Below, in pieces: positions 9,426 to 19,295 of a stretch of DNA of 64,000 bases. Made by a program: the position numbers and the translations under genes. The notes below the pieces were generated by a model. That model was not told where the DNA came from. It saw nothing but the letters and a program-made list of their open reading frames with translations, and did no database searches. This DNA is from an uncultured Bacillota bacterium (GTDB lineage Bacteria > Bacillota_I > Bacilli_A > RF39 > UBA660). Location of the stretch: positions 10,829-74,828 of the forward strand of contig CAMODW010000001.1 of NCBI GenBank assembly GCA_946611635.1. The letters are read 5' to 3'. How positions within the stretch are numbered: position 1 is the stretch's first letter; the number at the start of each line of letters is the position of its first letter.

Positions 9426-9449
9426 GTCTTACTTTGGTAGGACTTTTTT
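9425..9449 (+). terminator. Rho-independent terminator closing the Tad-like operon
   Basis: agtcttac / gtaggact (one G.U pair), loop tttg, T run at 9445-9449. Confidence 0.6.
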
Positions 9450-9509
9450 GTTTAAATTTTACATATTTATATATTTTTATTATAATTGTATTATGAAAAA
9501 GGGATTGTT

Positions 9510-10148
9510 ATGGAAAAAAGAAAGTTGGGTTTTTTTGAATATTTTTATATATTTTTGATGGGATGTTTATTTGGATATGTTGTTGAAGTGCTATGGTCTT
9601 TTTATAGACATCATATTTTTATTAATCATACAGCCTTAGTTGTTGGACCTTTTAATATTGTGTATGGTATTTCGGCAGTAGTTTTGAGTATGTTTTTAAA
9701 AAAGTATAGAAACGATAATGTTATTAAATTATTTTTTGTTTCTTTTGTGATGGGGACTGTTTTAGAGTATGCTTTATCATTTACTATGGAGAAGATGGCT
9801 GGTTTTGTTGCTTGGGATTATAGTAAGTATTTTCTTAATATTAATGGGAGAGTGTGTTTAAAATATTCTATTTTCTGGGGAATACTAGGAATTGCATGGA
9901 TTAAATATATTTATCCTTTAACAATAAAAATTATAGATAGTTTTGATAAGAAGAAAGCTGTTTATTTTATGAACTTTTTGATAGTTTTTTTACTTGCAGA
10001 TGGTTTTCTAACTTTACAAGCTATTGATAGAGCTAAAGAATATGAAAAAGGTATACCTCCTGGAAGTAAGTATGAAGAATATTTAGATGATTATTTTGGA
10101 GTGGATTATTTAGATAATATGTATAATTATAGGTGGAATAAAAGATAA
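9510..10148 (+). CDS. Polytopic membrane protein resembling the 'putative ABC-transporter type IV' (PF06541-like) family
   Basis: About 6 hydrophobic segments. N-terminal pattern FFEYFYIFLMGCLFGYVVEVLW...VVGPFNIVYGISAV resembles that family as I remember it. Confidence 0.5.
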   Translation: MEKRKLGFFEYFYIFLMGCLFGYVVEVLWSFYRHHIFINHTALVVGPFNIVYGISAVVLSMFLKKYRNDNVIKLFFVSFVMGTVLEYALSFTMEKMAGFVAWDYSKYFLNINGRVCLKYSIFWGILGIAWIKYIYPLTIKIIDSFDKKKAVYFMNFLIVFLLADGFLTLQAIDRAKEYEKGIPPGSKYEEYLDDYFGVDYLDNMYNYRWNKR

Positions 10149-10212
10149 GGTTCTAAAAATATTATATTATGGTTACAAATGGACTGTTATTGTGTTGAAA
10201 TAACAAATAGAT

Positions 10213-10243
10213 AGAAGATATTGTATTTGATATCTTCTTTTTT
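10213..10243 (+). terminator. Rho-independent terminator
   Basis: agaagata (10213-10220) / tatcttct (10231-10238), then ttttt. Confidence 0.6.
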
Positions 10244-10357
10244 ATGGGCTCCGCTTTCTAAAACATTTTTGAGATTTATTATTATAATGTGTATATGTTT
10301 TGGTAATGATTTACTATTTATGGTATTTTTGTTAATATTGTATAGTAGGTGATGGAA

Positions 10358-12958
10358 ATGTATCATTCGAAAAGTGTAGATTATTTATATAAAGAGTTTA
10401 ATTCAAGTAAAAGTGGTTTAACTAGGGATGAAGCTAATAAAAGATTAAAAAATGATGGATATAATGTATTGCCTTCTAAAAAGAGAAAAAGTATTTTTAA
10501 AATAGTTTTAGATGAAATTAGTAATCCAATTGAAATAATATTAATTGTTACTCTTCTTTTATCTCTTGTAGTAAAAGAATATGTTGATTGTATAGCTCTA
10601 TTAATTATTATAATGGTTGATGTTATAATGGGAGCTTATCAAGAGTGGAAAGCTTTAAAGGATGCTGATAGTCTTTTAAGTATGATAAAATCTTCTGTAT
10701 ATGTTTTTAGAGATGGAAGAGAGTATGTTATAGATTCATCTGAACTAGTTAAGGGAGATATTCTCCTAGTTGAGAGTGGATCTAGAATAGCTGCTGATGC
10801 GAGAATTATAGAATGTCATAATCTTCAAGTGGATGAATCAACATTAACTGGTGAAAGTGTAGCGATATATAAGAATAATGATGTTTTATCTGATAGTATT
10901 CCTTTAGCTGAGAGAAAAAATATGTTGTTTGCTGGGACTTCGGTTATTACTGGTAGAGCGAAGGCTATTGTATGTGGTACAGGAGTTAATACAGAAATAG
11001 GTAAAATAGCTGTAAAAGTTACGGAAACTTTAGAAGAAAAGTCTCCTCTAACAATTAGAACTGAGAAGTTTTCTAAGCAAATTACAGCAATTATTTTTTT
11101 AATAGCTATAATTACTACTATTGTTTTACTTAATAAAGGATATGAAGGTAGTGCAATATTCTTTAGTGTAATAGCTCTTTCTGTTTCGGCGATGCCTGAG
11201 GGGTTACCGCTTGCTTTGACTATGGCACTTACTATAGCTTCAAAAAGAATGGCTAAAGAAAATGTTATAGTTAAGAGTCTTAATGCTGTGGAAGCTCTTG
11301 GTAGTTGTACAGTAATTGCAACTGATAAGACTGGTACTCTAACTGTTAATGAGCAGACTGCTAAAATAATAGTGTTACCTAATGGTGAAGAGTTTAAAAT
11401 TACAGGATCTGGTTATAATGATAATGGTAAGATTGTTGGTAATAAGGATTTGAAACAGGTAAAGGAGATTGCTTGGCTTTGTGCATTAAATAATGAAGCT
11501 CATTTAAGAAGAGAGAATGATGAGTGGGAATATTGGGGAGATTCTATAGATATTGCTTTTTTGAGTTTAGCTATGAAAGCAAATTGTGGTGAAATGGTAC
11601 CAAAGGAAGAAATAATACCTTATGAATCAGATAATCAATATTCAGCGGTTTATTATAGAAAGAATAATAAGTTATATTGTACTGTTAAAGGCTCTTTAGA
11701 AAAAGTATTGTCTTTTTCTTCGAAGAAAAAAGAATATTTGAAATATAATGAGGATTTGACTAAAAAGGGCTATAGGGTTATAGCTGTATGTGATGGTGAA
11801 GTAAAAAGTACAAAGCTTAATGATTTAAAAAACTTAGAATTTAAGGGGCTTGTCGGTTTTATAGATCCGGTTCGTAGTGATGTGAAGAAATCTTTGAAAG
11901 AGTGTTATAAAGCAGGAATAAAAGTTGTAATGGTAACAGGAGATCATCCATTAACGGCTTTTGCAATTGCGAAGGAATTGGGATTATGTAATAATTTTGA
12001 TGAAGTAGCTACAGGAGATGATGTTGCTAGATATAGAGCTAGAGGGGAAAGAGAATTTGATGAGTTTGTAAAAAATATTAAAACTTTTGCTCGAGTAACA
12101 CCAATGGATAAATTAGATATTGTTAATTCTTTAAAAAGAATGGGAGAGTTTGTTGCTGTAACAGGCGATGGCGTTAATGATGCACCTGCTATAAAAAGTG
12201 CTAATATAGGTATTGCTATGGGAAGTGGTACAGATGTTGCTAAAGATACAGCTTCTATGATAATTACTAATGATAATTTTACTTCAATTGTTAGTGGTAT
12301 AAGAGAGGGTAGAGTTGCTTATGCTAATATAAGAAAAATTACTTTATTTTTAATAAGTTGTGGTTTAGCAGAAGTTGCATTTTTTATTCTTTCAATAGTG
12401 TTTGGATTTGATATCCCGCTTTTAGCTATTCATTTGTTATGGTTAAATATGGTAACTGATGGATTACAAGATATATCTTTATCTTTTGAAAAAGCTGAAG
12501 AAGATATTATGTTAGAAAAACCTAGGGATACTAATGAATCTTTATTTACTAAGGATTTAATTAGAGAAGTTGTGATACTTGGTTTAACGATTACTCTTAT
12601 TGTCTTTGGAGTGTGGAAAAAATTAATGGATAAAAATGTTGATATTTTTTATGCTAGATCAATTATCATGATGTTAATGGTCTTTATTCAAAATGTTAAT
12701 GTTTTAAATTGTCGAAGTGAAAATAGAACTATTTTTAAAGAGAAAGTTAGAGATAATCCATTATTAATATTTACTATAATTGGTTCGATATTGTTACAAT
12801 TATTATTGTCTAGTTTTCCTATTCCAGCAAAAATACTAAAATTAGCACCTTTAAATATATTTGAAATATTACAAATATTTATAATGTCTTTATTTGTTAT
12901 TATTGTATTTGAGGTATATAAATTTATTTATTATAGAGTGTTTAATAAAAGAAGATGA
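10358..12958 (+). CDS. Cation-transporting P-type ATPase (type II, Ca2+-ATPase-like)
   Basis: TGES, PEGLP, DKTGTLT, MVTGDHPLTA and VTGDGVNDAPAIK motifs, with about 10 TM segments. The GTG at 10349 lies inside GGTGAT (10348-10353), so the start is set to ATG 10358. Confidence 0.88.
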   Translation: MYHSKSVDYLYKEFNSSKSGLTRDEANKRLKNDGYNVLPSKKRKSIFKIVLDEISNPIEIILIVTLLLSLVVKEYVDCIALLIIIMVDVIMGAYQEWKALKDADSLLSMIKSSVYVFRDGREYVIDSSELVKGDILLVESGSRIAADARIIECHNLQVDESTLTGESVAIYKNNDVLSDSIPLAERKNMLFAGTSVITGRAKAIVCGTGVNTEIGKIAVKVTETLEEKSPLTIRTEKFSKQITAIIFLIAIITTIVLLNKGYEGSAIFFSVIALSVSAMPEGLPLALTMALTIASKRMAKENVIVKSLNAVEALGSCTVIATDKTGTLTVNEQTAKIIVLPNGEEFKITGSGYNDNGKIVGNKDLKQVKEIAWLCALNNEAHLRRENDEWEYWGDSIDIAFLSLAMKANCGEMVPKEEIIPYESDNQYSAVYYRKNNKLYCTVKGSLEKVLSFSSKKKEYLKYNEDLTKKGYRVIAVCDGEVKSTKLNDLKNLEFKGLVGFIDPVRSDVKKSLKECYKAGIKVVMVTGDHPLTAFAIAKELGLCNNFDEVATGDDVARYRARGEREFDEFVKNIKTFARVTPMDKLDIVNSLKRMGEFVAVTGDGVNDAPAIKSANIGIAMGSGTDVAKDTASMIITNDNFTSIVSGIREGRVAYANIRKITLFLISCGLAEVAFFILSIVFGFDIPLLAIHLLWLNMVTDGLQDISLSFEKAEEDIMLEKPRDTNESLFTKDLIREVVILGLTITLIVFGVWKKLMDKNVDIFYARSIIMMLMVFIQNVNVLNCRSENRTIFKEKVRDNPLLIFTIIGSILLQLLLSSFPIPAKILKLAPLNIFEILQIFIMSLFVIIVFEVYKFIYYRVFNKRR

Positions 12959-12975
12959 TATCTTCTTTTATTTTG
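12949..12975 (+). terminator. Rho-independent terminator overlapping the ATPase stop codon
   Basis: aagaagat (12949-12956) / atcttctt (12960-12967), then tttattttg. Confidence 0.5.
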
Positions 12976-13010
12976 AATGTTTTTTTTATATAATATTAGT
13001 GGTGATAATG

Positions 13011-13766
13011 ATGAGAAAGAAAATATATCTAGTTTTATTATTATTAAGTTTGTTTTTTTTGACTGCCTGTAGTAATCCGGTTGATAAATTTATAAAAGAT
13101 GTAAAAAAAGAAGTTAGTAATAGTATAAAGAATACTAGCAGTAAAAAAATAAAAGAAAGTATTTTATATATTAATGATAATTATCAGAAAAAAATTGATA
13201 AGAATTTTGTATATCATACTTTATTATTAGAAAAGTTGTGTGATAATACTTATTTGGAAAATAGTAAAATACAAAGACTATCACAAGCCGCCTATGAATA
13301 TATGTTTAGACAAAGTAAAGGTAATACTAAAGAGTTAGAAGAAAGTTTAGCTGCTGTAAATGAGGATTTGGATAATGAAGTTAATACTTTTTATGAAGCT
13401 TATCAAAGATCGGTTCTTGTTACATCTTATTTATCTAAAGCTAAAACAAAACTGTTGGTAGAAGCTGAAGAAAAAGGATTTGTTAATATAAATAAAATAA
13501 ATAAGGCGTTAGATTATATAAGAGATTATTATGATAATGGCTTTAAAAATAATGAAGTTACAGAATATATATGTTATTACTCATTATATTTGGAAAAAAT
13601 AGGTAATAAGATAGGTAAGAACAATGATATTACTAAGCTTGGTAAAACAGTAAAAAAATATATGCAAGAAGGTAGAGAACGCAGTCTTAAGGAAATTGAA
13701 GATCTTTTAAATAAGGTTAATTCTAATAGAGATGCTTTGATAGGAGAATTAGTTAATAATAATTAA
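13011..13766 (+). CDS. Lipoprotein, unknown function
   Basis: MRKKIYLVLLLLSLFFLTAC has a lipobox (LTAC). GGTGAT at 13001-13006. The track's 12894 start reads through the upstream terminator. Confidence 0.65.
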   Translation: MRKKIYLVLLLLSLFFLTACSNPVDKFIKDVKKEVSNSIKNTSSKKIKESILYINDNYQKKIDKNFVYHTLLLEKLCDNTYLENSKIQRLSQAAYEYMFRQSKGNTKELEESLAAVNEDLDNEVNTFYEAYQRSVLVTSYLSKAKTKLLVEAEEKGFVNINKINKALDYIRDYYDNGFKNNEVTEYICYYSLYLEKIGNKIGKNNDITKLGKTVKKYMQEGRERSLKEIEDLLNKVNSNRDALIGELVNNN

Positions 13767-13775
13767 TGATGTAAT

Positions 13776-14405
13776 ATGGAAGAGATAGAACTTTTAAAAA
13801 GAAGGCTAAAAGGTAGTGTAATATTAATATTTATAATTGTGTTTTTTTGCTTTCTTATTTTAATAATTCTTAATAAGTTTGTTGTTGTTAAAGATTATTA
13901 TAAAGCAAGTGATTTTGGAATAAAGACACTTTATAGTAAAATAGACTATAATGAAAATGGAATTGATGACTATTCTGATTTTTTGCTAGGAGCAAAAAAA
14001 AGAATTAATAAGAGTGATACTTATGATAGTCTATTGATAAGAATTTTTAAATATGCTGGTTATAATTTAGAAGGAATTGTTAAATGTTATTATAGTGATA
14101 ATAAGCAATATTATAAAGGGAAAGAAAAAATAGATTTATATAAATCTTTTATTAATTCTAATGCTACAAAATTAGAAAATGATTATAAAAGAATAAAAGA
14201 TTTTCAGCCTGGGGATTTTATATTTTTACAAGATGGTATAGGTATTTTGAGTGATAAAAGGAATAAGGATGGATTAAACTTTTTGATTATGATTAAAGAT
14301 GGTAAAGAAATAGAAGAAGATGTTTTAAAAGAAGTAAAAGTATCGGGTCATTATCGTTTTGATTCTTCTTTAATTAGTGATGAATTATTATTAGATAAGT
14401 GTTGA
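13776..14405 (+). CDS. Membrane-anchored protein, DUF1287-like C-terminal domain
   Basis: N-terminal TM helix. DFQPGDFIFLQDGIGILSDKRNKDG ... VSGHYRF resembles the DUF1287 signature as I remember it (..PGDIV....HIGIVSD...ITGHYRY). Confidence 0.45.
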   Translation: MEEIELLKRRLKGSVILIFIIVFFCFLILIILNKFVVVKDYYKASDFGIKTLYSKIDYNENGIDDYSDFLLGAKKRINKSDTYDSLLIRIFKYAGYNLEGIVKCYYSDNKQYYKGKEKIDLYKSFINSNATKLENDYKRIKDFQPGDFIFLQDGIGILSDKRNKDGLNFLIMIKDGKEIEEDVLKEVKVSGHYRFDSSLISDELLLDKC

Positions 14406-14429
14406 CACACGAACATATGTGTGATACTT
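14402..14429 (+). promoter_or_regulatory. Candidate sigma-A promoter for ruvA
   Basis: TTGACA at 14402-14407 (overlaps the upstream TGA stop) and TGtGATACT at 14420-14428. The spacer is 15-16 nt. Confidence 0.4.
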
Positions 14430-14449
14430 TGGTAAGTAGGTGATGTTAA

Positions 14450-15001
14450 TTGTATAATTATATAAAAGGTATTATTACAGGATATGGGGCAAATTATATA
14501 GTACTTGATAATAATGGTATTGGATATATGATTTTTGTACCTAATCCATATTCATACAAAGAAAATGAAGAGTATAAAGTATATATTTATAATCATGTAA
14601 GAGAAGAAGAATATACTTTATATGGCTTTAAAAGTGAACAAGAAAAAGACTTGTTTTTAAGATTAATAAATGTTAAGGGTGTTGGACCTAAAATTGCTTT
14701 ACCAATACTTGCTAGTTCTGTTGATGCTATATATGATGCCATTGAAAGAGAAAATATATTATATTTAACTAAGTTTCCTAAAGTTGGAGATAAAATGGCT
14801 AGACAGATTATTTTAGATTTAAAGGGTAAATTAGTAAAAAATGATGACTTGTTTACTAATGACGGATTAGATGAACTTATGTCAGTATTAGAAAGTTTAG
14901 GTTATAAGAAAACGGATATTAAGAAGATATTACCACAAGTTGATGCTTCTAATTCGGTTGAACAACAAGTTAAAGATGCATTAAAATTATTGATGAGGTA
15001 A
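14450..15001 (+). CDS. ruvA: Holliday junction branch-migration complex subunit RuvA
   Basis: TTG start 5 nt after GGTGAT. MYNYIKGII..., a helix-hairpin-helix region (LINVKGVGPKIALPIL) and adjacency to ruvB. Confidence 0.85.
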   Translation: MYNYIKGIITGYGANYIVLDNNGIGYMIFVPNPYSYKENEEYKVYIYNHVREEEYTLYGFKSEQEKDLFLRLINVKGVGPKIALPILASSVDAIYDAIERENILYLTKFPKVGDKMARQIILDLKGKLVKNDDLFTNDGLDELMSVLESLGYKKTDIKKILPQVDASNSVEQQVKDALKLLMR

Positions 15002-15003
15002 TT

Positions 15004-15570
15004 ATGAGGATTGGCGTAGATATAGATGATACTATTTCTTTTACACATAAAAAATTGATTGAAGCTGCACTTGAATATGATGAGAATTATGTTAATGGTA
15101 AAGGATTTAAAAATAAAAATGGTTCTACTTTTATGGAAGTGTTTTATTGGAATGTTTATAATGTAGATGGTTTTTTGAATAGTATTAGAAATAATAAATT
15201 TTATTTAGATTTAGAAGTTAAAGAAAATGCAAATAAATATATTACTAAACTATTTAATGATGGACATGAAATATATTTTATTACCAAAAGAGATAATAGC
15301 TTTTTTACGAAAATGAAAACTAAGAAATGGCTAAAGAAGAATGGTTTTAAATATAATAAGTTGTTTATAGGTATTAGGAATAAAAGTGATATATGTGAAA
15401 AACATAATATTGATTTGTTTATTGATAATGATTATAAGAATATTGAAGGTGCATTAGCAAAAGGGATTGATTCTTTATTAATGATTGATGATTTCAATAA
15501 GGAACGTAAGGATTTGAAAAGTGTTAAGAATTGGAAGGAAATATACGATTATATAAATGGAGTGAAGTAA
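15004..15570 (+). CDS. HAD-superfamily hydrolase, 5'(3')-deoxyribonucleotidase-like
   Basis: N-terminal DxDxT nucleophile motif [11 protein letters not shown] and C-terminal LFIDNDYKN. Wedged between ruvA and ruvB with 2-nt and 1-nt gaps. Confidence 0.55.
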   Translation: MRIGVDIDDTISFTHKKLIEAALEYDENYVNGKGFKNKNGSTFMEVFYWNVYNVDGFLNSIRNNKFYLDLEVKENANKYITKLFNDGHEIYFITKRDNSFFTKMKTKKWLKKNGFKYNKLFIGIRNKSDICEKHNIDLFIDNDYKNIEGALAKGIDSLLMIDDFNKERKDLKSVKNWKEIYDYINGVK

Positions 15571-15571
15571 T

Positions 15572-16576
15572 ATGAAGCGACTTGTAGATGGCGAAAAATC
15601 AGAAGAGCTTGATAACTTTGATCAAACTATTAGACCGCAGTCTTTAGAAGAATATGTTGGGCAAACAGAGATTAAAGATAATTTAAAGGTTTTTATAAAG
15701 GCTTGTAAAATGCGAGATGAGGTATTAGATCATGTTTTGCTTTATGGCCCTCCTGGACTAGGTAAAACAACATTGGCTCATATTATAGCTAATGAAATGG
15801 GGACAAATATTAAAACAGCTACTGGCCCTTCTATTGAAAAAAGTGGAGATTTAGCTGCTATTTTGTCTTCTTTAGAACCTGGAGACGTATTATTTATTGA
15901 TGAGATACATAGGATACCTAGATATATAGAAGAAATATTATATCCAGCAATGGAAGATTTTGTTTTGGATATTGTAATATCTAATGGTGATGGTACGAGT
16001 AGAAATTTAAGAATAGATTTACCTCCTTTTACTTTAGTAGGAGCTACTACAAGAGCAGGAGATATTTCTGCTCCGCTTAGAGATCGTTTTGGTATTGTAT
16101 CGAAGCTGAATTATTATAATGAAGATGAATTATATCAAATAGTTAAAAGAACAAGTAAGGTATTAAATATGCCTATTGAGGATGATGCGGCAAAGGAACT
16201 GGCTAAGAGAAGTCGTAAAACTCCAAGACTTGCCAATCGCTTGTTTAAAAGAGTTAGAGATTTTGCTTTGGTTTTTGATTCGTCTACAATAGATAATGAA
16301 ATTATGAAGTTATCTCTTAAAAGATTAAATGTTGATAGTGATGGCCTTGATCAAATGGATACAGAATACTTAGAAGCTTTAATTACTAAGTTTAATGGTG
16401 GACCTGTTGGAGCGGCAACGGTTGCTACTAGTATTGGAGAAGAGGTAACTACTATTGAAGATGTGGTAGAACCATATTTGTTGCAAGAGGGGTTTATTAA
16501 AAGAACACCAAGAGGAAGGGTTGCGTGTGAAAAAGCTTATAAACATTTGAATATAGAGTACGAAGTGAATAAATAG
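15572..16576 (+). CDS. ruvB: Holliday junction DNA helicase RuvB
   Basis: [12 protein letters not shown], Walker [12 protein letters not shown], Walker [24 protein letters not shown]. Confidence 0.95.
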   Translation: MKRLVDGEKSEELDNFDQTIRPQSLEEYVGQTEIKDNLKVFIKACKMRDEVLDHVLLYGPPGLGKTTLAHIIANEMGTNIKTATGPSIEKSGDLAAILSSLEPGDVLFIDEIHRIPRYIEEILYPAMEDFVLDIVISNGDGTSRNLRIDLPPFTLVGATTRAGDISAPLRDRFGIVSKLNYYNEDELYQIVKRTSKVLNMPIEDDAAKELAKRSRKTPRLANRLFKRVRDFALVFDSSTIDNEIMKLSLKRLNVDSDGLDQMDTEYLEALITKFNGGPVGAATVATSIGEEVTTIEDVVEPYLLQEGFIKRTPRGRVACEKAYKHLNIEYEVNK

Positions 16577-16595
16577 CTGTTAGAGCTATTTTTTG
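16573..16595 (+). terminator. Rho-independent terminator after ruvB
   Basis: atagct / agctat, loop gttag, then tttttt. Confidence 0.6.
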
Positions 16596-16665
16596 TTTTT
16601 TGTTTCTATCTTTTCAAAAGTATTATTTAATGATAAAATATTAATAGCTCTAAGGAAGTGAAGTT

Positions 16666-16914
16666 ATGAAAGATGACAAGACTGATGTTTTTGATTTAAC
16701 TCTTATTAAGAAAAAACAAACGGAAGAGATGCTTAAAGAAGTTACGAAGTCATTAGAAAAACGTGGATATAATCCTATTAATCAGATTGTTGGTTATTTG
16801 ATTAGTGGCGATCCTGGGTATATTTCAAATTATCAGAGTGCAAGAGATAAAATATCTAAGTTTGATAGAACAGAAATCGTAGCTCTTGTTTTAGGGGAAT
16901 ACTTAAAAAAGTGA
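16666..16914 (+). CDS. IreB/UPF0297 (YrzL) family small regulatory protein
   Basis: RGYNPINQIVGYLISGDPGYISNYQSARDKI is the family hallmark. The position upstream of ruvX matches B. subtilis. Confidence 0.8.
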   Translation: MKDDKTDVFDLTLIKKKQTEEMLKEVTKSLEKRGYNPINQIVGYLISGDPGYISNYQSARDKISKFDRTEIVALVLGEYLKK

Positions 16915-16916
16915 TT

Positions 16917-17348
16917 ATGAGATGTTTAGGACTAGATTTAGGAACAAAGACTCTTGGTATTGCTATTTCAGACAAAACTAATCAGATTGCATCTTTTTTG
17001 AAAGTTGTTAGATGGGATGGAGAACATTACGATTTGTTATTTAAAGAGTTGTCTCCTTTGATTGAAGAAAATGGTATTACGACTTTAGTTCTTGGTTTAC
17101 CAAAAAATATGGATAATTCTTTGGGTTTCGCTGCTGAAAGAAGTTTAAATTTTGAAAAAGCCTTAAAGGAAAAGTATTCGTTGGATGTTGTTTTAATAGA
17201 CGAGAGATTAAGTACAGTGGAGGCGGAAAACTATTTGTTAGAGGCTGATACTAGTCGTAAAAAAAGGAAAAAAGTAATTGATGGAGTGGCAGCTAGTATA
17301 ATTTTAGATACTTATTTAAGAATGAAAGGAAATAATAAAAATGAATAG
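16917..17348 (+). CDS. ruvX: Putative pre-16S rRNA nuclease / Holliday junction resolvase-like RuvX (YqgF)
   Basis: MRCLGLDLGTKTLGIAISD ... LVLGLPKNMDNS ... DERLST. Start set to ATG 16917. Confidence 0.85.
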   Translation: MRCLGLDLGTKTLGIAISDKTNQIASFLKVVRWDGEHYDLLFKELSPLIEENGITTLVLGLPKNMDNSLGFAAERSLNFEKALKEKYSLDVVLIDERLSTVEAENYLLEADTSRKKRKKVIDGVAASIILDTYLRMKGNNKNE

Positions 17349-17622
17349 TGAAAAAAAGGGAATTTTTACAATAATTAATGATAAGGGAGAAGAAATAGAA
17401 TGTGAAATATTATTTACTTTTGATAGTGAAGAAACTAAAAAAAGCTATATAGTATATACAGATAATTCTACTGATGAAGATGGTAGTATTCGTGTTTATG
17501 CTTCTGTTTTTGATCCTACAGGGAACAATCCTGACTTGTTACCAATAGAAACTGAGAAAGAATGGTTGGTAATAGAAAATATTTTAGCTTCAGTACAAGA
17601 AAAGATAGACGAAGCAGCATAA
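17341..17622 (+). CDS. DUF1292 (YrzB/UPF0473) family protein
   Basis: Small acidic protein (ECEILFTFDSEETKKSYIVYTD) in the conserved position between ruvX and mltG. Confidence 0.7.
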   Translation: MNSEKKGIFTIINDKGEEIECEILFTFDSEETKKSYIVYTDNSTDEDGSIRVYASVFDPTGNNPDLLPIETEKEWLVIENILASVQEKIDEAA

Positions 17623-18692
17623 TGAAAAAGATAGTAATGTTTGGACTAGGATTGATATTACTACTAGTTATATCAATTTTGGTTTATTATAATACTTCTT
17701 TATCTCCAACTGGAACTAAAGAAGAAATTGTTTCTTTTGAAGTAAAGAATGGTATGACCTCAAAAAGTATTATATCCGAATTACATAAAGACGGACTTAT
17801 TAAAAATGAGGTTGTTGCGTATATTTATGTAAAAATTAATAATGTTACTAATTTGCAAGCGGGGACATATGAGCTTAATAAAGGAATGAGTCTTAAAGAA
17901 ATTATAAACACTATTGTTAATGGCGAAACTGTTGATGATAGTTTATCTTTGACTTTTATTGAGGGAAAAAGGGTTAAAAAGTTTGCTCAGATTATTAGTG
18001 AAAAATATGATTATACTGAAGATGAAATATTAAAAAAATGGAGTGATAAAACCTATCTAGAAACATTGATTTCTAAGTATTGGTTTTTGACTGATGAAAT
18101 TCTTAATGATGGTATTTATTATCCTTTAGAAGGGTATTTGTATCCTGATACTTATCGTTTTAAAAAAGAAGCAACTATTGAAGAAATAACAGAAAAGCTT
18201 TTGGATACTATGGCGGATAAATTGGCAAGTTATAGAAATAAGATTGATAATAATCAATATGTTAATACTATTCATAAAGCTCTTACTTTAGCTAGTATTG
18301 TAGAATTGGAAGGAGCTAAAAGCGATGATAGAGCAGGTATTGCAGGAGTTTTCTATAATAGACTACGTGATGGTTGGAATTTAGGTAGTGATGTTACTAC
18401 TTATTATGCAGCACAGATTGATTTTTCCGATCGAGATTTGACTCAGGCTGAACTTGATGATGTTAATGGATATAATACAAGGTCTGCTTCGATGGCAGGT
18501 AAATTGCCAATTGGGCCTATTTGTAATCCTAATGTTGAATCTATATTAGCTGTTTTAAATCCTAAAGAATCTGATTATTATTTTTTTGTCGCTGACAAAA
18601 ATGGAAAAACTTATTTTAGTAAAAATAATTCGGAACATGCAGCGATAGTAGCTGAATTAAAAAGTAAAGGATTATGGTATACATATAGTTAG
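17622..18692 (+). CDS. mltG: Endolytic murein transglycosylase MltG (YceG family)
   Basis: N-terminal TM helix, LASIVELEG (catalytic Glu region), EGYLYPDTYRF, GLPIGPICNP. Start ATG 17622 overlaps the upstream TAA. Confidence 0.85.
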   Translation: MKKIVMFGLGLILLLVISILVYYNTSLSPTGTKEEIVSFEVKNGMTSKSIISELHKDGLIKNEVVAYIYVKINNVTNLQAGTYELNKGMSLKEIINTIVNGETVDDSLSLTFIEGKRVKKFAQIISEKYDYTEDEILKKWSDKTYLETLISKYWFLTDEILNDGIYYPLEGYLYPDTYRFKKEATIEEITEKLLDTMADKLASYRNKIDNNQYVNTIHKALTLASIVELEGAKSDDRAGIAGVFYNRLRDGWNLGSDVTTYYAAQIDFSDRDLTQAELDDVNGYNTRSASMAGKLPIGPICNPNVESILAVLNPKESDYYFFVADKNGKTYFSKNNSEHAAIVAELKSKGLWYTYS

Positions 18693-18701
18693 GTGATTGA
18701 T

Positions 18702-19295
18702 ATGAGAGAAAAAATAATTGAAATGGAAGAATATGCAAATGAACATAATGTTCCTATTATTGAAAAGGATTCTATTGCTTTTATAATGAAGTTTATAAAA
18801 GCAAATAATGTTAAGTCTATATTAGAAATAGGTACTGCTATTGGATATTCTGCTATCTTGATGGCTCAAGCTACTAATGATGTTGTTGTGACAACTATTG
18901 AAAGAGATGAATCAAGATATATGGAAGCTTTAAAAAATATTAAAAAGTGTAATTTAGAAGATAAAATAACTGTTCATTATCAAGATGCTCTAGAGATGAA
19001 TTTGTCAGGAGTTAGTTATGATATGATTTTCATTGATGCAGCTAAAGGACAATATACTAAGTTTTTTGAAAAGTATAAGTATTTCCTTAATCCTGGAGGA
19101 GTTATAATTAGTGATAATTTAAAATTTCATGGTCATGTTGGTAATAGAAATAACATTGCATCTAAAAATCTAAAACAATTGGTAGGAAAGATTGAAAATT
19201 ACATTGATTTCTTAAAGAATAATGAAGAATTTGAAACAAAATTTTATGATGTTGGAGACGGCTTATCTGTAAGCATAAAAAAGAATGATATCTAA
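18702..19295 (+). CDS. trmR: SAM-dependent O-methyltransferase, YrrM/TrmR-like
   Basis: SAM motif ILEIGTAIGYSA and IFIDAAK. Syntenic with B. subtilis yrrM. The GTG at 18693 lies inside GGTGAT, so the start is set to ATG 18702. Confidence 0.7.
   Translation: MREKIIEMEEYANEHNVPIIEKDSIAFIMKFIKANNVKSILEIGTAIGYSAILMAQATNDVVVTTIERDESRYMEALKNIKKCNLEDKITVHYQDALEMNLSGVSYDMIFIDAAKGQYTKFFEKYKYFLNPGGVIISDNLKFHGHVGNRNNIASKNLKQLVGKIENYIDFLKNNEEFETKFYDVGDGLSVSIKKNDI

Noticed and set aside
10244-10357. Possible riboswitch or leader upstream of the P-type ATPase (for example an Mg or Mn sensor).
   Set aside because: After the terminator and a TATTATAAT box, only about 60 nt of AT-rich leader remain. That is too short, and it lacks the conserved cores of the M-box or yybP-ykoY motifs.
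12894-13010. Long N-terminal extensions in the track, for example 12894, 5694, 17562, 35149, 39654, 27895, 4228 and 21340.
   Set aside because: The extensions read through upstream terminators or promoters, or overlap the preceding gene. A downstream ATG with a proper SD yields canonical N-termini (a lipobox signal peptide, the Rossmann motif at residue 4, MKKAEEILLT for GreA, and so on).
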